Shown here: positions 1-10,010 of the stretch, piece by piece
Layout of the letters: the number at the start of each line of letters is the position of its first letter
How positions within the stretch are numbered: the stretch's first letter is position 1
From: an uncultured virus (IMG/VR IMGVR_UViG_3300045902_000133)
Taxonomy: Duplodnaviria; Heunggongvirae; Uroviricota; Caudoviricetes
IMG/VR virus record: IMGVR_UViG_3300045902_000133
DNA length: 64,000 nt
Direction: 5' to 3' (one strand)
Translations under genes and position numbers: made by a program
Notes under the pieces: generated by a model
What the model was told of the DNA's origin: nothing
Databases searched by the model: none
Seen by the model: the letters and a program-made list of their open reading frames with translations, nothing else

Positions 1-480
1 AAGAAGGATAAGGTCACACTCGATGATATGATTTTGAGCTTCCGTTCTGTATTGAATACCATGCCGTTTGAGGCGGTGGCACGTAATACCGGAGTCAAGA
101 ACATCAGTGAATTCGATAACAAGAAGGTCAAGGGATTCAAAATCTTTGATAAGGGTACGCCGGCGCACGTTAAAGCTAGTATTGCATACAATCGGTGGTT
201 ACGTCACCACAATCTGGATAAGAGCTATGAAGTCATCAAAGATGGTGATAAAATCAAGTGGACCTATCTGAAAAAGAATGATCTCGGTATTGATACGATG
301 GCATTGAAGGGATATGACGACCCACCAGAACTGGTCGAGTTTGTTAACAAGTACATAGATTACGATGCCTTGTTTGAAAATGAGTTGAAAAACAAGATAG
401 AAGATTTCTATTCAGCATTAAAATGGGGTAAATTACCAACCGATGTCAACCAATCTGCTAGTAAGTTCTTCGAGTTCTAA
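1..480 (+). CDS. Family B DNA polymerase, C-terminal part (5' truncated by window edge)
   Basis: Open frame from base 1. KGTPAHVKASIAYN, IKDGDKIKWTYLK and IDYDALFE resemble the PolB thumb region of T4-like phages. Sits in a replication cluster. Confidence 0.8.
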   Translation, partial: KKDKVTLDDMILSFRSVLNTMPFEAVARNTGVKNISEFDNKKVKGFKIFDKGTPAHVKASIAYNRWLRHHNLDKSYEVIKDGDKIKWTYLKKNDLGIDTMALKGYDDPPELVEFVNKYIDYDALFENELKNKIEDFYSALKWGKLPTDVNQSASKFFEF

Positions 481-527
481 TAACAACTCATTTTTAAGAA
501 ACTAAACATTTTGCAAACTGGTCGCCA

Positions 528-1328
528 ATGTTCATAGACAAAACAAAAATATCAATTAGACGAATTTCTAATGATGTTGCTCGTGATATGATACGAAAAT
601 ATCACTATACTAAAAATCTCAATGGATGTAAATATGCGTTGGGTGTGTATTATAAAACTTCTACTAATGGATTCTTTGATATCGATGAAGAATTGGTGGG
701 GGTTATAGTATATGCACATCCGGTAAGTAATAAAGCAGTTGATAGTATTTGTGGACCTTCAATTTTAAAAAACGACGAAGTGTTGGAACTGGTTAGACTA
801 TATGTAAAAGATCTTCCCAATGATAAAAACATTGAAAGCTTTGTGATTGGACAGAGTTTTGAATGGTTACGTGCAAACGACCCCAAGGTGAAGGTCTTAA
901 TTAGTTATGCCGATCCTGAAGTTGGACATACAGGCCGCATCTATAGAGCAACAAACTGGCTATATCAAGGGTGCGGAATCAGTAAACTCATGCCTGACTA
1001 TAGCATCAAGCTCACCGAAGATGGCGAGTGGATTCATAGTCGTAGTGTTGCGTCAAAATTCGGTAATAAAAACATCAAGAGTCTCGCTAAAAGAATTGGT
1101 CACACGTTCTGGCAAAAGGAAGATTCATCTAAGCATAGATATATTTATTTTCTTACAGATAAACGAGAAACTAAACGACTCAAAAAAATGCTAAAGTTGC
1201 CTATACTACCATATTCCGAAATCAAACATCCGACACAGGTTATTAGAAAGGTGTATGTAAAAGATGGTGAAGTTGAAAAAATTGAGGTATTGCAAGGGGA
1301 AGACACCGGATGGAAACGTAAAAAGTAG
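528..1328 (+). CDS. Mom-family DNA modification (GNAT-like) protein
   Basis: ELVRLY...ESFVIG...LISYADPEVGHTGRIYRATNWLYQG matches the Mom-family signature. Confidence 0.8.
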   Translation: MFIDKTKISIRRISNDVARDMIRKYHYTKNLNGCKYALGVYYKTSTNGFFDIDEELVGVIVYAHPVSNKAVDSICGPSILKNDEVLELVRLYVKDLPNDKNIESFVIGQSFEWLRANDPKVKVLISYADPEVGHTGRIYRATNWLYQGCGISKLMPDYSIKLTEDGEWIHSRSVASKFGNKNIKSLAKRIGHTFWQKEDSSKHRYIYFLTDKRETKRLKKMLKLPILPYSEIKHPTQVIRKVYVKDGEVEKIEVLQGEDTGWKRKK

Positions 1329-1358
1329 TGTTTTTCACAAAATATACTATTTATATAC

Positions 1359-1441
1359 GCCTACCAAGCACACATATAAAATCCCGCATGAGTATCATCC
1401 TTACGCTTGGTAGGCTTTGGGTAGAGAAAATGCGGGATTTT
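1359..1441 (+). ncRNA. Putative pseudoknotted leader RNA upstream of GIY-YIG gene (copy 1)
   Basis: Crossing inverted repeats GCCTACCAAGC/GCTTGGTAGGC (1359-1369/1405-1415) and AAAATCCCGCAT/ATGCGGGATTTT (1378-1389/1430-1441). A related copy lies at 35258-35331. Confidence 0.6.
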
Positions 1442-1456
1442 TCTTTGGAATAGTGT

Positions 1457-2245
1457 ATGGAATATTATGTATACGCTCATTATATACCTGGAGAACCGTT
1501 TCCATTTTATATAGGAAAGGGTAAAGCTAATAGAGCATATGATTTAAAAGGACGTTCAAAGTTTTGGAATAGAAAAGCTAAGAACGGATTTGATGTAGTC
1601 TTTATAAGCGTCAATTTGGCGGAACATGAATCCTTACTTCTAGAAAGAAAAATGATACTATTTTATGGTAGAAAAGATAATGCTACCGGGTGTTTGGTTA
1701 ATCATACCGATGGTGGGGATGGATTAACAAACCCCTCAATAAAAACTCGTAAAAAAATTGCAGATGCAAACAAAGAACGATTTAAGGATCCACAATTCAG
1801 AAAAAGGTTTTCAGTAGCACAGAGAAACAAAGTTATAAAAGAATCTACTAAAACCAAAATGAGTCAGGCACATATAAACAGATTTAAGTCAATGGAGGAA
1901 AGAAATAAACATAAAAAACTGTCAGAAAGAGCTTGGTCTTCCGTGGAATTGAGAAAAAAGCAAAGTGAACTTATATCCAAGAAACACAAAGAAAATCCAG
2001 AAATTGCAAATAAGATAAGACAATATAGATTGGGTAAAACGCTTTCACCTGATAGTAGACGTAAGCTTAGTCAGAAAAAATGTGGACGGTCTTATATACT
2101 TGTGTCTCCTGACGGAAAAGAGTATACTTGTCTGTATCAAAGCGAATTTGCAAGAGAACATAATTTGAATGTAAAAAGCTTAAATAAACTTCTGTTGGGC
2201 AAAATAAAGACGCTTAAAGGATGGACAATAAAAGATGAAATATAG
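1457..2245 (+). mobile_element. Free-standing GIY-YIG homing endonuclease with NUMOD3-like repeats
   Basis: YYVYAH...FYIGKG..R...E...LVNHTDGGDG N-terminus, basic repeats and C-terminal SPDG...KGW. AT-rich. Confidence 0.85.
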
Positions 2246-2612
2246 AACCGGTACCGGTGATGGTAGTTTCAAATTCAAGGGTGAGTGGAGGCCAGACGAG
2301 TGGACATCACAAAATTCACAATAAAGCCTATATGTAAGAATATACGCCGAAAAATAGGGAGTCGGTTTTCCTCAAAACCAATACACCCCCATGTAAAGTT
2401 TTCTTTACTTGGAAAAACGGTATATTGGGGAAGCTTGGATATGTCTACCAAACAAGTAATTTCCTCTAGTGCCGTTATATCTGGACCGACTTGCATATCA
2501 CAGATGAGGGTAAAAAAGTTCATCCTCGGACGAGTTAATCGATCAATAAATGAACAACTACAACGGACAAAGTACCACCAATCACCCACAACCCTTAACA
2601 AATAATAAAACA

Positions 2613-3287
2613 ATGACACAACTATCCAAAATACTAAAATTCTCTCTCCTGTTCGCGCTCTTCGCGGCTTTTTCAACTTCTGAGGCACAGACTTGGCAGA
2701 GAGGGCAACAAGTTCTTATTTGGCCGCGACCAGACTCCATTGCAATCGGAGACACGGTTATATTCAACGGCTATGCACGCACCAGCGCCGGCGCTCCGGT
2801 GACAAATCCGCTTCTCCGGTGGAACATTGTGTTTGATAGCACAGCAACGGCGTTATTTACAGGTAACAGCGTTGGTCTGATCAGTCAGAGCACAAATCGT
2901 CAAGCAACCATTCATATTAGGTGGCAAACTCTAAGTGGGTTGTTTCGTGATTCCATACGAGTGAGATTTATTGAACGGCCGGCACCATTACCGTGGCGAC
3001 CTGGACAGCAAGCCTTATTGATGGTGACGGATACCGTGGCCCGAGCCGGTGATACGGTGTTATTCCGTGCATATGCACGAACTAGCTCTGGAGTAATTGT
3101 ATCAGCGCCACAATTCACATACTCATTTACCGACTATTCCTTAATTAAATCAGTTTTCATGGAAGGTAATACGGGTCAACTCGTATTTCGCGACACACTT
3201 AGAAGCAATCCAAATTGGTTTGCAATATCGTGGACTACCAATAGCGGAATTTTCAAAGACAGTGTAAAAATAGTTACAATTCCGTAG
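2613..3287 (+). CDS. Secreted protein with two tandem Ig-like repeats
   Basis: Signal peptide (..STSEA-Q). Internal repeat WxxGQQ..GDTVxFxxYARTSxG..I.W.T.SG.F.DS occurs twice. Alternative start at 2550. Confidence 0.65.
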   Translation: MTQLSKILKFSLLFALFAAFSTSEAQTWQRGQQVLIWPRPDSIAIGDTVIFNGYARTSAGAPVTNPLLRWNIVFDSTATALFTGNSVGLISQSTNRQATIHIRWQTLSGLFRDSIRVRFIERPAPLPWRPGQQALLMVTDTVARAGDTVLFRAYARTSSGVIVSAPQFTYSFTDYSLIKSVFMEGNTGQLVFRDTLRSNPNWFAISWTTNSGIFKDSVKIVTIP

Positions 3288-3343
3288 TGTTACACATTGT
3301 TACATACGGGGATCGACATAAAATCTGCCTCATGAGGATGACG

Positions 3344-3628
3344 ATGTATAAACTACTACACAAACCCACGGGTCTGTATTTTTGTCCGTCGCGTGAAATC
3401 AAAGGAACGTGGACGCGGCCCACAGACGGCCGCAAGTTCAACAATTATGTCAAGAGTAATCTAAGCAAGACCGGTAAGGTCTATCAAAATCGGCCTAGCT
3501 TCAAATATATTAGTGGGGGATTTTGGAATCATCTTGACGTACATCCCTCGTCAACAGCACTGTACCCGTGGTTGGTATCACGACTTAACACATTTATTGA
3601 AAGTGAATGGGAAATTGTCGAGGTGTAA
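3344..3628 (+). CDS. Hypothetical phage protein
   Basis: ORF preceded by a GAGG RBS. Confidence 0.55.
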   Translation: MYKLLHKPTGLYFCPSREIKGTWTRPTDGRKFNNYVKSNLSKTGKVYQNRPSFKYISGGFWNHLDVHPSSTALYPWLVSRLNTFIESEWEIVEV

Positions 3629-3650
3629 TTACAACACAATGAGGTAATAT

Positions 3651-3938
3651 ATGAAGCTTGTAAGAGACAATTATGATCCCGAACGACTAAAGAGTCGAAA
3701 GACAGAATCGGAAACAGAATTTAAGATTTTGCTCCGTGCAAAATTAGTTGAGGAAGCCTCGGAGGTTTTGGTGGCGATGGATCATAATAATCTTATGGAA
3801 GAAATCGGAGACGTGCTTGACGTATTGGATGGGATTATTGAATTATACAAAATTGATACGAAAGAACTAAACACCAAACGAAAGGCCAAGCGTAAGCTCA
3901 AGGGTGGATTCACAAAAGGCGTTGTGAAACTCAAGTAA
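3651..3938 (+). CDS. MazG-like NTP pyrophosphohydrolase
   Basis: KLVRD...KLVEEASE...EEIGDVLDV...K...GGF pattern. GAGGT RBS. Confidence 0.75.
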   Translation: MKLVRDNYDPERLKSRKTESETEFKILLRAKLVEEASEVLVAMDHNNLMEEIGDVLDVLDGIIELYKIDTKELNTKRKAKRKLKGGFTKGVVKLK

Positions 3939-3992
3939 ATAGTCCTATGCTTTCAATAGCCGATTATTCATTGTTTGAACACTATCACGGTT

Positions 3993-4637
3993 ATGAGCTC
4001 ACTACTACCATCGTATCTAAGACTTGATGTAAAGAACATTTCGGAAAAACATATACGACATAAGTTGTCATTAATCAAGCCGCTTGTATTTGAAAATCGT
4101 TCGTTCGTGGCAGGTGGGGTATTTAAGACGGTATTTGCACTTGGCGAAGATTTTAGCCCCAAGGATATCGACGTATTCTTTTACAACGACGCCGAACATA
4201 CACGGATGATGACGAGATTTACAGAGCTATCTGAAAAAGAAAATCCTCCGTATGTTTATTCGCATGCAAATGCAAATACCATATCGTACCAAAACGTAGA
4301 AACTAAGGTCAACATTGACTTAATTATGCGAGATTATGGTACGCCTGAACACGTTTTGAGTGATTTCGACTTTACGGTGGTCAAGTGCGCCGCAATAGTT
4401 GAAAATGGCGAATATAGACTGGTCTATCATCCGATGTTCTTTTCGGATTTTAATGAAAAAATTCTTCGATATGATAGCCACAAAGAATTTAATGCTGATG
4501 CTGTATTCAATCGTATGATCAAATACGTCCGATATGGGTATGATCCGTCACTAGAATTGAAGACACAATTGTTCAATTCTATCAAATCTATGTCATTGGG
4601 ATCGAAGCTTACCGATCCCAAGATAACGCGATACTAA
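3993..4637 (+). CDS. Nucleotidyltransferase-fold protein (polyA polymerase/CCA-like head)
   Basis: FVAGG...KDIDVFF...DFDFTVVK...R..KY..YGY. Confidence 0.7.
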   Translation: MSSLLPSYLRLDVKNISEKHIRHKLSLIKPLVFENRSFVAGGVFKTVFALGEDFSPKDIDVFFYNDAEHTRMMTRFTELSEKENPPYVYSHANANTISYQNVETKVNIDLIMRDYGTPEHVLSDFDFTVVKCAAIVENGEYRLVYHPMFFSDFNEKILRYDSHKEFNADAVFNRMIKYVRYGYDPSLELKTQLFNSIKSMSLGSKLTDPKITRY

Positions 4638-4701
4638 CCCTTGACAGAACACCATATAGATGTTACATTTATATGGTGTTCTCACTTTTACAGAGGAAAC
4701 A

Positions 4702-5427
4702 ATGAAGAAAAGTATTCTTGAACGGTTTATTTCCAAGTATAATCTTGGTGGCGTGGCTAATGCTGTCATTCTCAAGTCCGATGGTAAGAGTCTATCCACG
4801 ACTTTTATCAGTGACGACAAGAGCGTGGTAGGCGAAGTCAGCACCACACAACTACAGATGGACCCAGGCTCGTATGCTGTATATGATACGCCACAGCTTC
4901 GTAGTATGCTCGGTGTATTGGACGAGGATATCACGGTCAAGGTTGTTACCGTGAATGGTAAGAATACATCGTTGTCGTTTAGTGACAACAGCGGCGTAAA
5001 GACCAACTTTGTGTTGGCGTCTGAAGATAACATTCCAAGGGCGCCTGTCGCCAAGAAGGCCATGCCAAATTTTGAAGTCGTGTCCACTCTCGATAAGGTG
5101 TTCGTGGAACGATTCATCAAGGCTAAGAACGCATTGCCCGATGTAGAAACGTTTACGGTGTTGTGTGATGGTAAGTCGGCACAGATTGTTATTGGTCATA
5201 GTAAGATGAATACCAATCGTGTCACATTACCTCTGCCGGCATCAACGACAGACAAGATTGAACCCATCAACTTCCACGCCCGATATCTCAAGGATATTCT
5301 TGTAGCAAACAAGGAAGCAGATAAGGGTAAGATTGAAGTATCATCGCAGGGTATTGCTCGCGTAACATTTGAAATCGCGGATTTCTCGGTCACTTACTAC
5401 CTCCCAGTTATTCAGCTCGAAGACTAA
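4702..5427 (+). CDS. DNA polymerase sliding clamp (gp45-like)
   Basis: About 241 aa, with a FISKYNLGG start and YYL C-terminus typical of phage clamps. Lies upstream of the clamp loader. GAGG RBS. Confidence 0.7.
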   Translation: MKKSILERFISKYNLGGVANAVILKSDGKSLSTTFISDDKSVVGEVSTTQLQMDPGSYAVYDTPQLRSMLGVLDEDITVKVVTVNGKNTSLSFSDNSGVKTNFVLASEDNIPRAPVAKKAMPNFEVVSTLDKVFVERFIKAKNALPDVETFTVLCDGKSAQIVIGHSKMNTNRVTLPLPASTTDKIEPINFHARYLKDILVANKEADKGKIEVSSQGIARVTFEIADFSVTYYLPVIQLED

Positions 5428-6599
5428 TGCCAATTTCCGATTTCTTTGATGTAGAAGAAGAAACATTTGATGACAAGCGTTCCGCGTTTCTTGCACATAT
5501 GGATATGTTAAAATCTATGGATGTGAGAGAACTGACCTTGTACAAGAAACATCAAGAAATACAGAGTTTTTATAAGACATGGCACAATCGAGCGTCCCGC
5601 GTCAAAGCCAGAATTTGGCGTCCCACCGATATAATGAACGTAGATCAAACTGTGCAGGAAATTCTTCACATACAACCACGTATTCGATTCATTGAAAAAG
5701 ATGATCGAGAAGGTATTGATATGTGGAGAACCCTGCGCGTGTTTGGTCATACCGCTGACTTTGATCAAAACCCCGGTCGCTTTTTACGATTCGTGGTAGA
5801 AGACCAAGACGGTCGAATTTTAGGATTTGCGAGTTTGTCAAGTGATGTAATGAATCTTGGTGCTCGTGACCGCTGGATTGGATGGACAGATGCACAAAAA
5901 GAATCGGGTATGCTCAATCATACCGCAGTTGGTACTACTATTGCTCCTACACAACCATTAGGTTATAACTTTCTTGGTGGTAAGTTGATAGCATCGTTGT
6001 TAATATCAAAATACGTGCGTGATATATGGCAACGCGAATATGGTAATGTATTGGTGGGATTTACTACTATGTCGCTGTACGGCGATGGTAGTATGTACAA
6101 TGGTATCAAGTGGTGGAAGTCGTTAGGTGAGACAACAGGCAAAGTCAGCATCAAGCCTAACAACGATCACTATGATATTATGCATGATGTTATAAAGAAA
6201 AAGTATCCAGTGGAATACGATAAAATGATGACTACGGAACACGGTGGTCCTCCTACCGGCGCAAAACAAAAAATCATGCATATGATTTACAAGGAGTGTG
6301 GTCTTACCACGACACACTACGAGCATGGATTCAAGCGCGGTGTGTATTTTGCACCGGTATACAAAAACACACGGGAATTTCTTCGTCAAGAAATCTCAGC
6401 AGACTCGTTAGTTTTACAAGATAATCTTTGTAATGACCTCATGGATATTGTACCGTGGTGGCAAAACAAAGCAGAAAATAGATATCGAAAGTTGGTGGAA
6501 GAAAATCGCGTCAATCCAGATATCTTGTTTTATAATGACGCTATTTCTTTGGGTTGGGAAGAATTCAAAACCAAATATATCACACAGGTAGGGAGATGA
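5427..6599 (+). CDS. DUF4338/DruA-like GNAT-related protein
   Basis: PGRFLRF..LSSD...RDRWIGW...PTQPLGYNFLGGKL...TTMSLYG..SMYN...W..LGETTG. Coupled to the clamp gene by a TAATG overlap. Confidence 0.65.
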   Translation: MPISDFFDVEEETFDDKRSAFLAHMDMLKSMDVRELTLYKKHQEIQSFYKTWHNRASRVKARIWRPTDIMNVDQTVQEILHIQPRIRFIEKDDREGIDMWRTLRVFGHTADFDQNPGRFLRFVVEDQDGRILGFASLSSDVMNLGARDRWIGWTDAQKESGMLNHTAVGTTIAPTQPLGYNFLGGKLIASLLISKYVRDIWQREYGNVLVGFTTMSLYGDGSMYNGIKWWKSLGETTGKVSIKPNNDHYDIMHDVIKKKYPVEYDKMMTTEHGGPPTGAKQKIMHMIYKECGLTTTHYEHGFKRGVYFAPVYKNTREFLRQEISADSLVLQDNLCNDLMDIVPWWQNKAENRYRKLVEENRVNPDILFYNDAISLGWEEFKTKYITQVGR

Positions 6600-6654
6600 A
6601 TCATACAGTTAATGATTCCGTGGCTAGAAAATCAACGAAAATGGTATAAATAAT

Positions 6655-8010
6655 ATGAACGCTACACACAGTATATGGGTAGAAAAATATCGTCCTACCA
6701 CACTTGATAATTACATCGGCAACGATAGCATGAAGGCCAAGGTTGGCAAGTTTATTGCCGAGGGTGATGTTCCACACATCTTGTTGAGTGGACCACCAGG
6801 AACAGGCAAGACCACAGTGGCCAAGATTATTGTCAAGAACATTGAGTGTGAAAGCTTGTATATCAATGCATCTGACGAGAACAACGTAGATACAGTCCGA
6901 AACAAAATAAGGGGATTTGCCTCGACCGTGGGGTTTACAGATCTCAAAGTCATCATTTTGGATGAGTGTTTGGACGAAAATACATTGGTGTGGGTGCTTC
7001 GTGAGGGGTCAGAAACCGCAGTGGCTATAAAAGATGTAAATCCGTTGACGGATTTAGTGAAATCGTGGAATACAACCCACAATCGAATCGAGTGGAGACA
7101 ATTTGATAAATTTGATAAAGGTTTACAAGATGTATATGAACTTGAGTTAGAGAACGGTGAGGTCGTAATCTGTACGGCGGATCACAAATGGTACGTTCGA
7201 TCAGACACAGGCGAGATACTAGTGGTTAAAACATCAGAATTGGACACTTATTCTCACATACTGTCCCCAGAAGTGGAATTAAAAACTGTCAAAATTACGA
7301 AAATAAAAAAACTCGACGTACAAAGACGTGTATATGATTTATCCGTTCAAGGAAATCATAACTTTTTTATTGGACGGACACAAACACTGACTCATAATTG
7401 TGATTACATGACACCAAACGCACAAGCTGCGCTTCGTAACGTTATGGAAACGTTTAGTCGGTCGTGCCGATTCATCTTGACTTGTAATTATGTAGAACGC
7501 ATTATTGATCCGATCATCAGCAGAACTCAGCAATTCCACGTAGTTCCGCCGAATAAGATTGAGGTAGCCAAGCACCTCGCTGGTATCTTGAAACAGGAAG
7601 GCGTGTCGTATAAGCCGGATGACATCAAGTTGCTCGTAGATGCTTATTATCCCGATATTCGTAAGATTATCGGCGAAGCCTCGTTGGCCGTTAATGACGG
7701 GAAATTGTCAATTGATGCCGAGGAAGTGGTTGCTTCTGATATTAAACTTCGTGTCATTGAACTTCTTGGACAGAAGGGTGATGCTAAGAAGCGATTCACG
7801 GAAATTCGTCAACTGTTCGCTGATGCTGGTATTCGTGACTTTACTGAATTTTATAGTCTTTTATACTCCAATGTAGATACCTACGCTAAAGGAAATGTTA
7901 GTCAAGTAATTTTACACATTGCTGAGGGTCAAAAATACGACGCGCAGGTGGTCAACAAGGAAATTAATATGATGGCAACGATTATCAACATTCTACAAAC
8001 AATAGGGTAA
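6655..8010 (+). CDS. Clamp loader ATPase subunit (RFC small/gp44-like) containing an intein
   Basis: WVEKYRP, GPPGTGKT, INASDE, IILDE|..|CD, AQAALR, FILTCNY. Confidence 0.92.
   Translation: MNATHSIWVEKYRPTTLDNYIGNDSMKAKVGKFIAEGDVPHILLSGPPGTGKTTVAKIIVKNIECESLYINASDENNVDTVRNKIRGFASTVGFTDLKVIILDECLDENTLVWVLREGSETAVAIKDVNPLTDLVKSWNTTHNRIEWRQFDKFDKGLQDVYELELENGEVVICTADHKWYVRSDTGEILVVKTSELDTYSHILSPEVELKTVKITKIKKLDVQRRVYDLSVQGNHNFFIGRTQTLTHNCDYMTPNAQAALRNVMETFSRSCRFILTCNYVERIIDPIISRTQQFHVVPPNKIEVAKHLAGILKQEGVSYKPDDIKLLVDAYYPDIRKIIGEASLAVNDGKLSIDAEEVVASDIKLRVIELLGQKGDAKKRFTEIRQLFADAGIRDFTEFYSLLYSNVDTYAKGNVSQVILHIAEGQKYDAQVVNKEINMMATIINILQTIG
6967..7398 (+). mobile_element. Mini-intein (144 aa, no endonuclease domain) in Walker B of the clamp loader
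   Basis: Starts CLDENT, has block B CTADHKW and VYDLSV..NHNFF, ends THN followed by Cys. Confidence 0.92.
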
Positions 8011-8119
8011 TATGATCACAGCGGCGCTATTTTTTGTAATTGGTATCTGGGTTGGTTCAAAGCTTACCAAAAGCAACTAACCAGCTACTTATAGTAGAAA
8101 CCTACTAATCGAGGTATAC

Positions 8120-8422
8120 ATGAGTAAAATTGTTAGTCCCGACGCCGGACAAGTTTCTATTGATATAGGAAAAACAAAGGCTCTAGTCTGTAAGTGTGGA
8201 AACCATACTTTTACACAGATTAGTTTTCTTCGAGTTCTTCCTGCATTGTTATCACCCAACGGTAAGGATGCCATCATTCCCATGATGTCATTTGCGTGTA
8301 ACGCTTGCGGAGCCGTACCTGACCAGGTTATCCCGCCATTCATTCGTGATGAAGCATTGGGGCGCACCGGTGCCAACACAACTTCTGCGGACGCAGAAAA
8401 ACCCAAACTCGGTTTAATCTGA
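8120..8422 (+). CDS. Zn-ribbon hypothetical protein
   Basis: CKCGN...CNACG. GAGGT RBS. Confidence 0.7.
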   Translation: MSKIVSPDAGQVSIDIGKTKALVCKCGNHTFTQISFLRVLPALLSPNGKDAIIPMMSFACNACGAVPDQVIPPFIRDEALGRTGANTTSADAEKPKLGLI

Positions 8423-8433
8423 GGAGAATCATA

Positions 8434-8727
8434 ATGGCAAATTATTCACAACCCGCCGACGAAATCAAAAACATTATCCGTAAAGGATATCCGGATGGAC
8501 TTGACAGTGCTACTGCGGTTAAGCATATTAGTGTATTAGTTGCTCGGGTCAACGAACTAGAACGAGCACTAATGCCATTTGTAAAAGTAGGAAGTTCACC
8601 AAATTACGGCGATATGATGGTATCTGTCATGTACAAAAATTGTGCCGATGCTGCTAATGTTATGGATCGAACCCAGAGCGTTCCTGTCGGTGCAAAGCAC
8701 GAAACATTTATCCCCGCAGAATACTAA
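8434..8727 (+). CDS. Hypothetical protein
   Basis: GAGGAG RBS and tight gene packing. Confidence 0.65.
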   Translation: MANYSQPADEIKNIIRKGYPDGLDSATAVKHISVLVARVNELERALMPFVKVGSSPNYGDMMVSVMYKNCADAANVMDRTQSVPVGAKHETFIPAEY

Positions 8728-8730
8728 ACC

Positions 8731-9177
8731 ATGCCCCCCAAGACACCATTTGATCACATCAATGCAATTTTTACTAATCAGAAAATCGGCTATTATGATG
8801 AACTAAGTGAGGCTGACCGTAAAACGTTCACGCCATACGTCATCAATATGGGGATTAGTATGAATCCTGACTTCTTGCCATATGTCAACGAAGTCAACAA
8901 GTATTGGGGTCAAATGGGTCCGCGTGAAGTATACTTATTTTACAGTCAGTTGCTTCCCAAAGGTAAGCAGTTCAATAAGTGGATCAAGGGTAAAAAAGTT
9001 GAAGACTATGAACCGTGGCTTGTCGAGTTAGTAGCACAACATTTTTGTGTGTCTAAGGATGAAGCCATTTCGTATCTTCGGGTATTTTACAAGTCCGATA
9101 AAGGACGCCAAGAACTCAGGTCTATTCTTGAAGGATATGGATTAGAATCCAAAAAAATTAAGAGGGCAAAGTTATGA
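8731..9177 (+). CDS. Clamp loader small subunit (gp62-like)
   Basis: PFDHIN...FTPYVIN..SM...VNEVN...YLFY...LPKGK.F.KW pattern. Close to the gp44-like gene. Confidence 0.7.
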   Translation: MPPKTPFDHINAIFTNQKIGYYDELSEADRKTFTPYVINMGISMNPDFLPYVNEVNKYWGQMGPREVYLFYSQLLPKGKQFNKWIKGKKVEDYEPWLVELVAQHFCVSKDEAISYLRVFYKSDKGRQELRSILEGYGLESKKIKRAKL

Positions 9178-9231
9178 CGCAAAATGGAAAGGGCAGTAAG
9201 CCACGACCGATTCTAATTGATCGAGAAACAT

Positions 9232-10002
9232 ATGAATCAAACTGGGAAAGAATCTTTAATAAAAGAACAGAAGACCGCGAAGTATCGAACATTATTTATC
9301 AGCGATGTTCACATCGGGTCGGCGGGTTGCCGGTCGGGGGATCTACTGGAATTTCTGAAACACAATCCGGCTGAACAATACTATTTTGTTGGTGATATCA
9401 TTGACCTCCGATTGCTTGGGCGTGGAATGAGATGGAACCGAAACAACAATAATCTCATTCGTTGGATTCTCAAGCGGTCGAATAAGGTGCCTGTTATTTT
9501 TATTCCAGGAAACCATGATGAAGAATTTCGTGAAATTGTTGGTGTTCCATTTGGTGAAATCGCCATTAAGCGCGATGATATATTTGTGGCTGCCGATGGT
9601 AAGAGATACTATATTACTCATGGTGACGAAGCCGACGGTGTAGTTACTCTTCATCCGCGTCTCGCACTTGTGGGCACAATTGCATATGAACTTTTAATCA
9701 TAATGAATATCCAGATTAATAGACTACGATCATTTCTGGGAATGAAGCATTGGAGCTTCAGTGAATTCATTAAACACCGCGTAAAAGATGCTGTTAAGTT
9801 TATTACCCACTTTGAAAACATTATTGTAGACCGCGCCAAGGAACGAAACTGTTATGGAGTTATTACAGGTCATATTCATACTCCGGCTTGTAAAATGATT
9901 GACGGCGTATTATATTTAAACTGCGGAGACTGGATCGGTAACAGGACAGCAATAGCTGAGCATTTTGATGGAACAATGGAACTTGTAACATATCAAGATT
10001 AG
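9232..10002 (+). CDS. PlcP/LpxH-family metallophosphoesterase (phospholipase C-like)
   Basis: YRTLFISDVHIG, VGDIID, PGNHD, HGD, WSFS...VKDAV.FI, GHIH, YLNCGDW. Confidence 0.8.
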   Translation: MNQTGKESLIKEQKTAKYRTLFISDVHIGSAGCRSGDLLEFLKHNPAEQYYFVGDIIDLRLLGRGMRWNRNNNNLIRWILKRSNKVPVIFIPGNHDEEFREIVGVPFGEIAIKRDDIFVAADGKRYYITHGDEADGVVTLHPRLALVGTIAYELLIIMNIQINRLRSFLGMKHWSFSEFIKHRVKDAVKFITHFENIIVDRAKERNCYGVITGHIHTPACKMIDGVLYLNCGDWIGNRTAIAEHFDGTMELVTYQD

Positions 10003-10010
10003 GAGATAGT

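Noticed and set aside
5427..6599. Druantia defence system
   Set aside because: Only a lone DUF4338-like gene is present, with no DruE helicase or other partners in the window.
9174..9374. Small ORF MTQNGKGSKPRP overlapping the PlcP-like gene
   Set aside because: The N-terminus looks like a small phage peptide, but the frame overlaps the phosphoesterase by more than 140 bp. Left uncalled.
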